Below the pieces are notes generated by a model. It saw only the letters and a program-made list of their open reading frames with translations, was not told where the DNA came from and searched no databases. DNA of 64,000 bases from Candidatus Poribacteria bacterium (GTDB lineage Bacteria > Poribacteria > WGA-4E > WGA-3G). Positions 46,331 through 56,246 of this stretch are shown here, piece by piece. Location: contig CBDANF010000003.1 of assembly GCA_965197475.1 (NCBI GenBank), positions 1,728,001-1,792,000 on the forward strand. The letters are read 5' to 3'. The first letter of the stretch is position 1; the number at the start of each line of letters is the position of its first letter. The position numbers and the translations under genes were made by a program.

Positions 46331-48079
46331 GTGTTAGCAGAAAATGGAAATTTCGTCAAAGTTGCTGCCCGCAACGATATAGCAGAGGGAAAACCGAGGG
46401 CAGTCAGAGTTGAAGGACATAGTATTGCCCTCTTTGAACATGAAGGTGCTGTTTACGCAACAGATAACCAATGTCCACACATGGGATATCCGCTAATAAG
46501 AGGACATGTCAAAAGAGGCGTTTTGTCGTGCGACTGGCACGGTTGGAGTTATGACATGGAAGGTGGCGGGTGCTTCACCGGTGGTTGTGATGACCTCGCC
46601 ACATTTCCCGTTGATGTACGGAATGGTGATATCTATGTGGATATCGGGAGTGGTGGAAAAAAACGGGATGATGCACATTTTCTCTTGCTGAAAGAGGGAT
46701 TATTTTCGCGTGATAGTTGGACACTTTCTAAAGCTATTGCCATTATGTTAGCGAAAGGCGTTCCAGAAGAAGAGACGTTGGAGATAATGGTTAAGCACAT
46801 GGTGCGGCATATTACGACAGCTCAAGGATTTCGCAGCGGCGGCGGACGTGTCGCAACGCTGATGCACGGAATTAAGGTCGCACACATGTATGAAGCGGAG
46901 GACCGTCTTATTCCGCTGATGATGGCGGCGACGCATGCGGCTGGTGGACACAGTGATCGTCCTGACCGCCAACCCCTTCCACCGCCTATTGACTGGGAAA
47001 AACTTGAAAACTGGATTAGAGTGTTCACTGTCGATAAAGAGTGGGAAGGTATCGAAAAATGTCTTATCACAGCAAGACAGTTGGGCGGACATGAAGACAA
47101 ATTCATCCCGCTTTTCTTGGATTGTGCGTCCCAATGGTTCTTTCTCAGCAGCTCCAGAAACCTTATTGATCTGGCACTTCTGGCTGAATTACTTGAAAAA
47201 TGGGGATGGGAGTTGACTGGGGAGTTAGTGTGCAACCTCGGCGCAAAGATACTTGGACAAGGCCGTGGCAGACCCGGTGAACGTCTTCGTGAAGCTATCC
47301 AAAAACTGGAAGAAATTGAGCATATCTTTGATGACCTTCCGCAGGAAAAATCGCCTGATGCAGACGTTGGCTTTGACGAAGATCAATTTTCTGCTGATCT
47401 GGTCAGTGGAGATATAGACACAATTTTTGATGCTATAACGAAAGTGCTCACCGCGGGTGTTCCCATTGACACAATTGCAACAACCATGGTCATGACCGCT
47501 GCTGATAGGATGGCAAGAACACCGGTTAACATGAGTCCCGGTTGGTGGGATTTACAAGAAGAGATGGAATTAGGGGCCAACATCAGAAAAGTGCTCCGTT
47601 TCGGTGGCACCAAAGTTGCCGCGAAGGCACTCTACCATTGTGGATGGCGATTTTTCAGTAACCGATGGCTAAACATACGACATCAACCGATTACAGAGCC
47701 GAGAACGTCTTCAACACCAAAAAACCTTGATGAAGATACAGCACTTGATGCAATTATAGATAGCATTGAATCTGTTCGCGTCCAAGAAATTGGAAGGCGC
47801 ACCCGTGAATATCTGAATGCTGGCTGTTCCGCGGAACGGTTGATGCTTGAAATGGGACAAAGTATCCTCAAGGATGATAGAGGAGACAATCTTCTCAGCT
47901 CGATTCACATTGTAGATAGAGAGTGGCATTACTGTGAGAAACATCCCGCAAGAAATCAACTGATAGTTGGGTTAGCACGATGGGCAACGGATATTCGCAG
48001 AAATGCAGGGAACGATTCTGCTGTGCAAACTGCACACCGTTTTGCAAAAGGTGAAACCGCTACGGAACTTTACGAGTAG
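46331..48079 (+). CDS. Rieske (2Fe-2S) domain protein, paralog of 43111-44847
   Basis: CPHMGYPL...CDWH; shares WT.SKAIA, AADRMA.TPVN and VGLAR..TDIR motifs. Confidence 0.85.
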   Translation: MLAENGNFVKVAARNDIAEGKPRAVRVEGHSIALFEHEGAVYATDNQCPHMGYPLIRGHVKRGVLSCDWHGWSYDMEGGGCFTGGCDDLATFPVDVRNGDIYVDIGSGGKKRDDAHFLLLKEGLFSRDSWTLSKAIAIMLAKGVPEEETLEIMVKHMVRHITTAQGFRSGGGRVATLMHGIKVAHMYEAEDRLIPLMMAATHAAGGHSDRPDRQPLPPPIDWEKLENWIRVFTVDKEWEGIEKCLITARQLGGHEDKFIPLFLDCASQWFFLSSSRNLIDLALLAELLEKWGWELTGELVCNLGAKILGQGRGRPGERLREAIQKLEEIEHIFDDLPQEKSPDADVGFDEDQFSADLVSGDIDTIFDAITKVLTAGVPIDTIATTMVMTAADRMARTPVNMSPGWWDLQEEMELGANIRKVLRFGGTKVAAKALYHCGWRFFSNRWLNIRHQPITEPRTSSTPKNLDEDTALDAIIDSIESVRVQEIGRRTREYLNAGCSAERLMLEMGQSILKDDRGDNLLSSIHIVDREWHYCEKHPARNQLIVGLARWATDIRRNAGNDSAVQTAHRFAKGETATELYE

Positions 48080-48096
48080 CACAATTGATCACTATT

Positions 48097-48460
48097 GTAG
48101 GGCGAGGTTAGTACCTTTGCCCTACTTTTTTATAGTTAGGTACAAATGCGTAGACACCACTGGTAGGCGCGCTTTGTAAGCGCGCCGTGTTGTGTATAGT
48201 CCATAAGTTGGGTTTCGCCTCTGCTCTACCCGTAGGTGTCAATTTAGCCCACTTGTTTCTATACACCTTTCGCCCGTTGGGCAAAGACATCTGTTTACCA
48301 CGTCTCTATACACCTTCCGCACCTCCGGTGCTGCTACCATCCCGTCAGGGAATCAACACCAATAGGTATACTTGAAAAGACGTAGTAGCCCCAGCGGGGC
48401 GACAGGTGTATAGAGAAAACAGCATTGTCCCATACAAAAGCACCAGCGGTGCGACAGGTG
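48097..48460. repeat. Cluster of REP-like palindromes
   Basis: GTAGGGCGAGG..CCTTTGCCCTAC, GTAGGCGCGCTTTGTAAGCGCGCC, two TCTATACACCTT and two AGC.CCAGCGG.GCGACAGGTG copies. Confidence 0.55.
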
Positions 48461-48553
48461 CAGCAAGTGTGTTAATAAATCGGGCTTACAAAGCCCTCCC
48501 ACAAGAAAGATTAGACACTAATTGAAACCTATGAATTAAATTAACGTTATCAA

Positions 48554-49579
48554 ATGAAAAAAATCGTTCTACTTATTCTTTTTAGCTTATTATCCGTGTC
48601 AGTTCACGGTGCATCGTTGGAGTCCGCTTTTCAACTCGGCGAAAAACAGCAGCCACGACTTGACAGATTGCTCCCTGATGTTGCACAATATATGGCTTTT
48701 AACAAGGAGAGCACTAAACTAATTGCCAAAGGGATGGGTGGAACCGTAGTAGAGTGGGATATTCAGTCACGCCAAAAGCGAGAGGTAAGCAACATTCAAG
48801 CAAAGCGGTTGTTTGTTTATGCTGCCGAAGCCAATCAACTTTTAATTCAGAAAGAGGATGATGTCACTATTCTCAATCTCAAAAGTGGCGATGAAACACA
48901 GGTAACAAAGGGACAATATGAAAGTGGAAGTCTCTCGACGGATGGCACCTTAGCAGTATTGTCAAAAGGCGACAAAGAATTTGAGTTTTGGCAGCTCGCT
49001 GATGTAAGTTCAAAGACAGTAAAGACCTTTCAGACAACTTTACCCGTTAGGAATGGACTCACAATTTCTAATGATGGTAAGTTGATTGCGGCTGCCGAAG
49101 GCACATATCGAGATGGTGAAGGACATCGCACAATTATTGAAATTTGGGATGCAGACGATGAAAAGCATCCTATGCGTGTTTTCAACACCGGTGAAGTTCT
49201 TGGGATGTGGAATCTGATATTTTCACATGACGAAAAAATGCTCGCTGTTGACACGCAACTCAACGCTAAATCTGGAATCCGCGTATGGGATGTAAAAACA
49301 GGCGCACAACTCCTCAATAAATCCGGGTTTGAAGCATACTGGACACGCGCCCTCGCTTTCGCACCTAATAAAAAATCAAATTCTATAGAATATCTTGCCT
49401 CCGGAGACGAAAAGGGCAATCTCCGTGTATGGGAAATTCCTGGTAGTGAATCGACAATTTGGGTAAACTATTCAACTGGTATTCAAGCATTAGCCTTTTC
49501 ACCCAACGGTGAATATTTGGCAGTTGCGTTGTGGGATGCCACAATTCAGGTTTTAAGGTGGAAAATAAATGAACAATAA
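48554..49579 (+). CDS. Secreted WD40/beta-propeller protein
   Basis: Signal peptide; IRVWDVKTG, ALAFAP, LASGD..GNLRVWE, ALAFSPNG motifs. Confidence 0.82.
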   Translation: MKKIVLLILFSLLSVSVHGASLESAFQLGEKQQPRLDRLLPDVAQYMAFNKESTKLIAKGMGGTVVEWDIQSRQKREVSNIQAKRLFVYAAEANQLLIQKEDDVTILNLKSGDETQVTKGQYESGSLSTDGTLAVLSKGDKEFEFWQLADVSSKTVKTFQTTLPVRNGLTISNDGKLIAAAEGTYRDGEGHRTIIEIWDADDEKHPMRVFNTGEVLGMWNLIFSHDEKMLAVDTQLNAKSGIRVWDVKTGAQLLNKSGFEAYWTRALAFAPNKKSNSIEYLASGDEKGNLRVWEIPGSESTIWVNYSTGIQALAFSPNGEYLAVALWDATIQVLRWKINEQ

Positions 49580-50075
49580 TAATGAATCTTACACAGATGA
49601 CAAGGGACGCACCCGATGGCGCGTCAACGATGAAATTTCTGATAGACTACTTGAACTTCATACCTTCCTGATTATTTCAGACTACCCAGAAGACCATGCA
49701 GCGCGATATCCTCGTTTAGCACATTCTATCTCGCGTTTTCCAAAATCTGTGGCGGACCTCGTTGATCAAGGACGGTTACAAGAAGAAATTGGCGGGGTTG
49801 GCGAAATAGTCTCAACCATCATCACTGAATATCTACAAACTGGAACGTGCTCAAAAATAAAGGACTACGCAGGCGACATTCCACAGACAGTTGCTGAACT
49901 TGTTCTTGTTCCTGGACTTGGCGCAAAAACAATAAAGCGGTTATATGAAGAGATCGAGATTGATAGTCTTGCTTCCCTCCGAACAGCAATTGATGAGGGC
50001 AAACTCAAAGGTTTCAAAGGTATCGGTAAGAAAACGTTAGATAAAATTGAGGAACACCTCGATGCAAATTTGTAA
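49569..50075 (+). CDS. Helix-hairpin-helix protein resembling the N-terminal part of DNA polymerase X
   Basis: IGGVGE, VPGLGAKT and FKGIGKKT HhH motifs; no polymerase or PHP domain. Confidence 0.8.
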   Translation: MNNNNESYTDDKGRTRWRVNDEISDRLLELHTFLIISDYPEDHAARYPRLAHSISRFPKSVADLVDQGRLQEEIGGVGEIVSTIITEYLQTGTCSKIKDYAGDIPQTVAELVLVPGLGAKTIKRLYEEIEIDSLASLRTAIDEGKLKGFKGIGKKTLDKIEEHLDANL

Positions 50076-50104
50076 CAGGTGTTTCAGTAAAACGGCCGTA
50101 AATT

Positions 50105-50330
50105 ATGGCGAATTCACGAACAACCGGTGAAATGGTTGATGGTAAAAAACATGGGTATTGGATTACCTATTATGAAAATGGAATAAAACGTAGCCAGGGT
50201 CGCTACATTCATGGAAAAAAGATGGCATTTGGATTCAATACTACAAAAATGGCAGCAAGGCAACTGAAGCCTGCTTCTCTGATGATAAGTTGAAGGAAAT
50301 TATATATCCTTCCAGTGAAAATGAGAAAAT
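50105..50330 (+). pseudogene. Frameshifted MORN/YwqK-like gene remnant
   Basis: Matches the 53254 gene until a 1-nt deletion in the A run at ~50215-50220; homology continues in another frame (DGIWIQYYKNG). Confidence 0.75.
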
Positions 50331-50972
50331 GGAAATTTCAGCATGAGAAGAACTACTCCAAATTCAGAGCCATTCGATTGTGGGCAAACGTTCTTGTAGG
50401 AGGGTTTGTAAATCCCATTTCAAACCATAGCAGTGATTGAGCCTTCAGACCTAACCTAACCTAACCTAACCTACGCTCAGTTAAAACTAAGTACTACAAC
50501 TAATGGAGTCTTGTATAAACAGGGTGAGGTAGGAAACCACACCCTGTGAACCAATAACTTACATGCTAAATTCACGCCCATTGGTTTCGTGATGCTCTAT
50601 TCAACTCACGTGCAATCATGATGAAACATAAATATGCAATCCTTTTTGTTAGGCGAGTCTTATAAGAACGCGAATTGGCGGTATATCATTAATTGCAAAA
50701 TCTTTACATAATTGGAAAATTATGTAAAGATTTATCCGAAAAAGTGCTTGAATTTGCGAATTTTATTAATTTTTTTACAACTAACGTTCGGTTTTGACTC
50801 GAAACCGACTATAATATAAGAGGGTATTAATTATCGTTCGCAAATTGTTTTTATTATAATGTGAGTTCTATAAATGTCGTAAGTTGGGTGAACAATGCGA
50901 AACCAATCTACGATTACACTTGAATACTATTATTGATCTCACGTGAATTATAAATATGTAAGGAGAAAATTA

Positions 50973-51416
50973 ATGATAAGAAACGATCTGGACAAAAAGC
51001 CTAATATGTTTGAAGGTGATACGTGGACTCAAGTACAATCGCGCGGTGCACTCCCGATCCTTATTAAGTACGCAGAGGCACACAAAACTCTCAATTTCAA
51101 AGAATTAGCAAACGCCCTTGGTCTTGAAAGTTATATCTACGCGCTTAATATGATACCTGTGTGTCAGTGTATACGGACAACACTTTATGAGTTAGAATCA
51201 AGCAAAGAATGGCAGCATGACGCAATACCGAATATTACGAGTATTATCATTAAGTCAACGGGTGAACCCGCGTCATTTATTACTGATGAACTCAGAAAGG
51301 TTTTGAAAAGAGAACCGACGGAAGAGGACTATCAGGAAGAATATAAAGCAAGTTTCCATTACAAAAAGTGGGATGCTGTTCTTGACGCATTGGGACTTCA
51401 GACATTTTTTCAATAA
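50973..51416 (+). CDS. Hypothetical protein (possible winged helix)
   Basis: RBS AAGGAG before MIRNDL; LNFKELANALG helix-turn-helix-like segment. Confidence 0.6.
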   Translation: MIRNDLDKKPNMFEGDTWTQVQSRGALPILIKYAEAHKTLNFKELANALGLESYIYALNMIPVCQCIRTTLYELESSKEWQHDAIPNITSIIIKSTGEPASFITDELRKVLKREPTEEDYQEEYKASFHYKKWDAVLDALGLQTFFQ

Positions 51417-51421
51417 TTATA

Positions 51422-51450
51422 TTGACAATTCAAATATGTTATAGTAAAAT
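51422..51450 (+). promoter_or_regulatory. Sigma-70 promoter
   Basis: TTGACA-17 nt-TAAAAT. Confidence 0.55.
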
Positions 51451-51737
51451 AATAATGTATTGATGACTCATTGTGAGTCATCTAACGATTTTTCACAATG
51501 AGTCATTTAATGTTTAGACAAGGTCATCATTGACAGTGCTAACCTTGTCAAACCGAAGAATAGTTTGCTATCCCTCGTCATTTTAATAATATCATGTTTT
51601 TAAACGATTGTCAATACTATATTAATATTGACGGATTAAAATTAAATATGATATATTTCTTTGCTCAAGGGGTGGCAGCTATTCCTCATATCTATAAGAT
51701 AGATATAATATCTGTCTTATAATTGGAGGAATATAAA

Positions 51738-52454
51738 ATGAGAAGGATTAGATTTATAGGTTCCCGAACTATAAACTGTATTTTGATTTTCACATTATTT
51801 TTAATGATTGTATCCTGCAACCGAGATAATCCAGATAGTATAGTTGGTAATTCTGAATTGGATTTACAGAGTAAAGACATAGAATTAGAAACTATACCTT
51901 ATTCTGATATAGACTTACCAGAAATAAATATAGACGGAAAATTAATTGATCCTAAATATGATCCAGACGGAAATATAATTAATGAAAAATATTATCCGAA
52001 AGGAAAATTAATTTCGCCATATGGGAAATACGAATTAAGTTCTGGTAAATATAAAATGAAGGTAAGCGAAGCGTTAATATGTCCTGCTGATGACAAATAT
52101 ATTTATTTTCACAGCAGAATACGTGCTAATAAATGGAGGAATGAGTTTTGGATAGACACTAACCCACGTGAGAACGGACCTCATCCTTTTCCTTATTCTC
52201 GTTTTGAAGACGGACCTTATTATGAAGATCCTTGTAAAGTTCGTATTTATTTAGATCCGTCGATTGATAGTAATGTGGTAAAATATACTACATTTGGAAC
52301 ACTTCTAACAGAGTATAATTTTAAAGTGATTATAGAAATAATCGGAGAGGGTGAGTTAGATAATCCTTGTATGACTATTGATAATCCAAATACAGATAGA
52401 TCGCATACAATAGCCGGTTCATATATAGGGCGTCTAATAAGTATATTTGAATAA
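51738..52454 (+). CDS. Hypothetical lipoprotein (AT-rich)
   Basis: RBS GGAGGA; lipobox-like IVSC; markedly low GC. Confidence 0.7.
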   Translation: MRRIRFIGSRTINCILIFTLFLMIVSCNRDNPDSIVGNSELDLQSKDIELETIPYSDIDLPEINIDGKLIDPKYDPDGNIINEKYYPKGKLISPYGKYELSSGKYKMKVSEALICPADDKYIYFHSRIRANKWRNEFWIDTNPRENGPHPFPYSRFEDGPYYEDPCKVRIYLDPSIDSNVVKYTTFGTLLTEYNFKVIIEIIGEGELDNPCMTIDNPNTDRSHTIAGSYIGRLISIFE

Positions 52455-52573
52455 ATAGAGTAATATTTTTAGCATAATAAAATTGCATTAATTGCTTGCA
52501 ATTTTGTTATGCTAAAATTTCAAATTGCGAAATTATCAGAAAAATGCAAAATCCCAAAACTACTTATTGCGAA

Positions 52574-52726
52574 ATGAAAAGTAAAGAAGCACTTGGTGAA
52601 AGTTTAATTGCAGCAGCAAAACGTGACGATATGGCGCAAGTTCGTGAACTTGTGAATAACGGAGCTGATCCCAACTACAGCTGGATTCCCCCGTTCATGT
52701 GGGCATATTTTGGAGGGAACGTATGA
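52574..52726 (+). pseudogene. Single ankyrin-repeat fragment
   Basis: LIAAAKRDD..QVRELVNNGADPNY; ends overlapping the next gene. Confidence 0.45.
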
Positions 52727-53199
52727 CAAAGAACACCGATGAACTGACCAACGATGAAATCGCACAGAAACTGATGGAACTCCATACTATTCTCATTGTC
52801 GCTGACTACCCGGAAGACCACGCGGCGCGCTACCCTCGTTTAGCGTATACAATTTCTCGCATGGAGGAATCTGTGGCGGAACTGGCATCTCGAGGAAAGT
52901 TACAAGAGGCGGTGCCGGGTGTTGGAGATATAGTCTCAACCATCATCACTGAATATGTTGAAACTGGAACGTGCTCGAAATTACAAGAGTACGCAAGTGA
53001 TGTCCCGCAGACAATTACTGAACTCATACCTATCCCCGGGCTCGGTCCTAAAACAATTAAACTTCTGTATCAGGAGGTAGGAATTGACAGTCTCCTATCA
53101 CTTCAAACAGCAATTGATGAAGGTAAGCTAAAAGGGATCAAAGGTATCGGTAAGAAGACGATAGAAAAATTTGAGGAATACCTTGATGAAAATTTGTAA
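52723..53199 (+). CDS. Helix-hairpin-helix protein, paralog of 49569-50075
   Basis: RBS GGAGG before MTKNTD; DYPEDHAARYPRLA and HhH motifs shared with the first copy. Confidence 0.8.
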   Translation: MTKNTDELTNDEIAQKLMELHTILIVADYPEDHAARYPRLAYTISRMEESVAELASRGKLQEAVPGVGDIVSTIITEYVETGTCSKLQEYASDVPQTITELIPIPGLGPKTIKLLYQEVGIDSLLSLQTAIDEGKLKGIKGIGKKTIEKFEEYLDENL

Positions 53200-53253
53200 T
53201 AGGTATTCCTAAGAAAACGGGCAAACATTTCTACTCTGCACAAGAGGTGAATT

Positions 53254-53733
53254 ATGGCAAATACACGAGATACTGGTGAAATGGTTGATGATAAAAAGCA
53301 TGGGTATTGGATCACCTATTACGCGAGTGGATTAAAGCGTAGCGAAGGAAACTTCGTCCATGGTAAAAAGGATGGGAAATGGATTCTATACCACAAGAAT
53401 GGGAACATTTCCAGCGTAGCCTACTTTCGTGATGATAAGTACGAAGGCGAGTATATATGCTATCATGAGAATGGAAATCGCAAATGGGGTGGTCCCTACA
53501 AAAAACATGATGGCAGCTCCTCCGATGGTAGAAAAGAAGGTGTCTGGCTTTGTTGGGAGGAAGATGGCGAGAATGTCTGGCGGATCATCACGTATAAAAA
53601 AGGTGGTGCCGCGCAAAACCGGATGAACATCCGTTCGGTGAATGCCACGGTTGCGGCGAAGGCAGACGTTCTACCTGGGGCGATAATTGCCCACGATGCG
53701 GCACAGAACTTGATTAACACTAACAATTTGTAA
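53254..53733 (+). CDS. MORN-variant repeat (YwqK-like) protein, probably frameshifted near the 3' end
   Basis: KKHGYWITYY..G, GKKDGKW..YH.NG and GRKEGVW repeats; a Zn-ribbon continues in the -1 frame to a stop at 53717. Confidence 0.75.
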   Translation: MANTRDTGEMVDDKKHGYWITYYASGLKRSEGNFVHGKKDGKWILYHKNGNISSVAYFRDDKYEGEYICYHENGNRKWGGPYKKHDGSSSDGRKEGVWLCWEEDGENVWRIITYKKGGAAQNRMNIRSVNATVAAKADVLPGAIIAHDAAQNLINTNNL

Positions 53734-53756
53734 ACCCGATATTATCAGATTCCTTT

Positions 53757-53880
53757 TGTCTGAACCAAGATTTTCGAATCAACACCGAATGCGCGTGTAG
53801 CATTCAACGGGATTAGTCTTATCCTGTGCAATGCCAGCAAATCTTGGAAATATATAAATCTTGTTAATCCTGGCTCAGAC
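53757..53880. mobile_element. Degenerate MITE-like element, family of 10792-10974
   Basis: TGTCTGAACCAAGATT ... AATCCTGGCTCAGAC ends. Confidence 0.5.
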
Positions 53881-54037
53881 TATCCTTCAATCCTCCGTTC
53901 TTCTATCCTTCCATCCGCAGCACATTTCCAATGTCTAACACCTCCCCCCACATCCAATAATTGGCAAAAGCAAGCCGATTCTTTCCCCGAAAATTGATAA
54001 ATGAAAGCCGAATGTTACAGAGAAACGCTATCTATAT

Positions 54038-54066
54038 TTGACAAAAATCAGTCAAAAGCGTATAAT
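54038..54066 (+). promoter_or_regulatory. Consensus sigma-70 promoter of the rhodanese-pterin operon
   Basis: TTGACA-17 nt-TATAAT. Confidence 0.8.
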
Positions 54067-54173
54067 ATAAATAGAATTTAGCATGAAGACATAAATTCGA
54101 AATTTAGCCGCGTATGGCATAAATTTCTTTTAAAATTCCCGGATAGGTACCGGTAACAGGAGGCAAGATAAAT

Positions 54174-55022
54174 ATGGCTGATTACGCAAATCCTGATGTT
54201 TTGGTAAGTACGGAGTGGGTTGCCGAACACGGCAGTGATGCTGGCATCCGCCTACTTGAAGTTGATGTTGACACCTCAGCTTATGCAGAAGGGCATATCG
54301 CTGGGGCAGTCGGTTTAAATTGGCAGACACAGTTGTGCGACCAAGTGCGACGTGATATCCTCACGAAAGATCAATTTGAGGCACTCTGCAACGACAGCGG
54401 CATCGCTAACGATACCACTGTTATTTTTTATGGTGATAATAACAATTGGTTCGCCACGTACGCATTGTGGCAATTCCGCTACTACGGACACGATGAGAGT
54501 CTTCTCAAAGTTATGAACGGTGGTCGTCAAAAATGGATCTATGAAGGTAGAGAACTCGTCAAAGATGTTCCTTCTTATTCTGCGACTGGATATCAGGCGA
54601 AATTCCCCGATGACAACGTCCGCGCAGCAAAAGACAACATTTTACCCACACTGGAGCAAGGTGTTATTAATCTCGTTGATGTCCGTTCACCTGCAGAGTT
54701 TTCGGGTGAAGTGATCGCACCGCCAGGCATGAACGAAACTGCACAACGGGGTGGACATATCCCAGGAGCAGCGAATATCCCGTGGGCAACTGCGGTGGCA
54801 GAAGACGGCACTTTCAAATCTCATGACGAATTGGAATCCATCTACGGTGGTGCAGGCGTTGATGCCAATAAAGAGACCATCGCTTACTGCCGAATTGGTG
54901 AACGCTCATCGCACACGTGGTTTGCGTTGAAGTATCTACTCGGTTATGAGAAGGTGCGCAACTATGATGGCAGTTGGACAGAATGGGGCAATCTGGTCGG
55001 TGCACCCATTGCACGTGATTAA
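54174..55022 (+). CDS. Two-domain thiosulfate sulfurtransferase (rhodanese, CysA/SseA-like)
   Basis: GHIAGA, GGHIPGA, YCRIGERSS active site and YDGSWTEW signature. Confidence 0.93.
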   Translation: MADYANPDVLVSTEWVAEHGSDAGIRLLEVDVDTSAYAEGHIAGAVGLNWQTQLCDQVRRDILTKDQFEALCNDSGIANDTTVIFYGDNNNWFATYALWQFRYYGHDESLLKVMNGGRQKWIYEGRELVKDVPSYSATGYQAKFPDDNVRAAKDNILPTLEQGVINLVDVRSPAEFSGEVIAPPGMNETAQRGGHIPGAANIPWATAVAEDGTFKSHDELESIYGGAGVDANKETIAYCRIGERSSHTWFALKYLLGYEKVRNYDGSWTEWGNLVGAPIARD

Positions 55023-55040
55023 ACATGAAAATGGGGCGAT

Positions 55041-55373
55041 ATGGAAGTCGCCCCAAATTCCTTGCAATATGCGAAAGATCGAATTATGAGATTTGTTTCT
55101 GCTCATGCGATTGCCTGTATGACACGACAAGATGTGGCACGATTGCTCAAGCGATTTCAAGAAGAAGCAAGCGACGATGTCAGCAACATCCGTATTCTAT
55201 GCGATACGTTATCGGGTAGGATGGTTTGTGAATGGGAGGCACTCGACCGCTTAACACTTATTGAGTGGTTGAAAAAGTGCAACGTGCAGTTGCGTAGCAC
55301 AGGTGAATGGGTCATGGCGGTTCAATACGAATCGGTTGATGGTGAACTCAAAGTAGTGACACAAACACATTAG
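55041..55373 (+). CDS. Small hypothetical protein (DUF4242-like)
   Basis: In-operon ORF; MRFVSAH...GRMVCEWEA pattern. Start may be 55086. Confidence 0.55.
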   Translation: MEVAPNSLQYAKDRIMRFVSAHAIACMTRQDVARLLKRFQEEASDDVSNIRILCDTLSGRMVCEWEALDRLTLIEWLKKCNVQLRSTGEWVMAVQYESVDGELKVVTQTH

Positions 55374-56243
55374 GTGTTTTCTGATAAAGCACCGCATTTC
55401 GAAAAACCGATGTACTACCTAACACGGCAGACAGCCTTTGAGGCATCTCATTACAATCGGATTCCCGAATTGAGCAATGCTGAGAACTTTGAACTGTTCG
55501 GTGCCGCAGCGAATCCAAATAGCCACGGACACAACTACGTGCTTGAAGTGATGGTCAAAGGGGACGTAGATGCCAATGACGGGATGGTCATCAATTTAAC
55601 GACTTTAGATGCGTTGTTGAAAACGGAAGTGCTTGCGAATTATGACCATAAGCACTTGAATAGACAACACCCAGTTTTTGCGAAGAACCCGCACCTACAG
55701 CCGACCTGTGAAAACATCACGATTGAAATTTGGCAACGGCTTGTTCCTTCTCTTCCAAATGGACTATTGCATCGGGTTCGACTTTATGAAAATTCAAAGC
55801 GTTTTGCTGACTATTACGGAGACGGTTTGATGGTTTATCTCACGAAAGTCTATGAGTTCAGTGCAGCGCATCGCTTACATAGCCACGCGCTTAGTGATGA
55901 GGAAAATCGAGACATCTTCGGGAAATGTAACAATCCTGCTGGGCATGGACATAACTACATCCTTGAAGTCACCGTAAAGGGTGACGTAGAGGCAAAAACT
56001 GGACTGGTTGCAGGTTTAAATCTGCTTGACGAAGTGGTTGAGAAACAGATTTATACGCGTTTTGATTACAAACATCTAAATCTTGATACGCCGGAATTTG
56101 AAACCCTCAATCCGACATCTGAAAACTTTGTGAAAGTGCTTTGGGATGTTTTGGAACCGAATTTACGACCGGTGGTTTTACACCGTCTTCGTTTGCGAGA
56201 AACACCCAAAAATCATTTCGATTACTATGGAGAACTCTCTTAA
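55374..56243 (+). CDS. Tandem-domain 6-pyruvoyl-tetrahydropterin synthase (PTPS/QueD family)
   Basis: Two T-fold domains, each with F.A.H, HGHNY.LEV.VKG, DHKHLN/DYKHLN and PT.EN motifs. Confidence 0.9.
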   Translation: MFSDKAPHFEKPMYYLTRQTAFEASHYNRIPELSNAENFELFGAAANPNSHGHNYVLEVMVKGDVDANDGMVINLTTLDALLKTEVLANYDHKHLNRQHPVFAKNPHLQPTCENITIEIWQRLVPSLPNGLLHRVRLYENSKRFADYYGDGLMVYLTKVYEFSAAHRLHSHALSDEENRDIFGKCNNPAGHGHNYILEVTVKGDVEAKTGLVAGLNLLDEVVEKQIYTRFDYKHLNLDTPEFETLNPTSENFVKVLWDVLEPNLRPVVLHRLRLRETPKNHFDYYGELS

Positions 56244-56246
56244 TTT

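Noticed and set aside
50449-50473. (ACCTA)5, equal to the TTAGG telomere repeat
   Set aside because: Only 25 bp inside a bacterial intergenic region; best explained as a slippage microsatellite.
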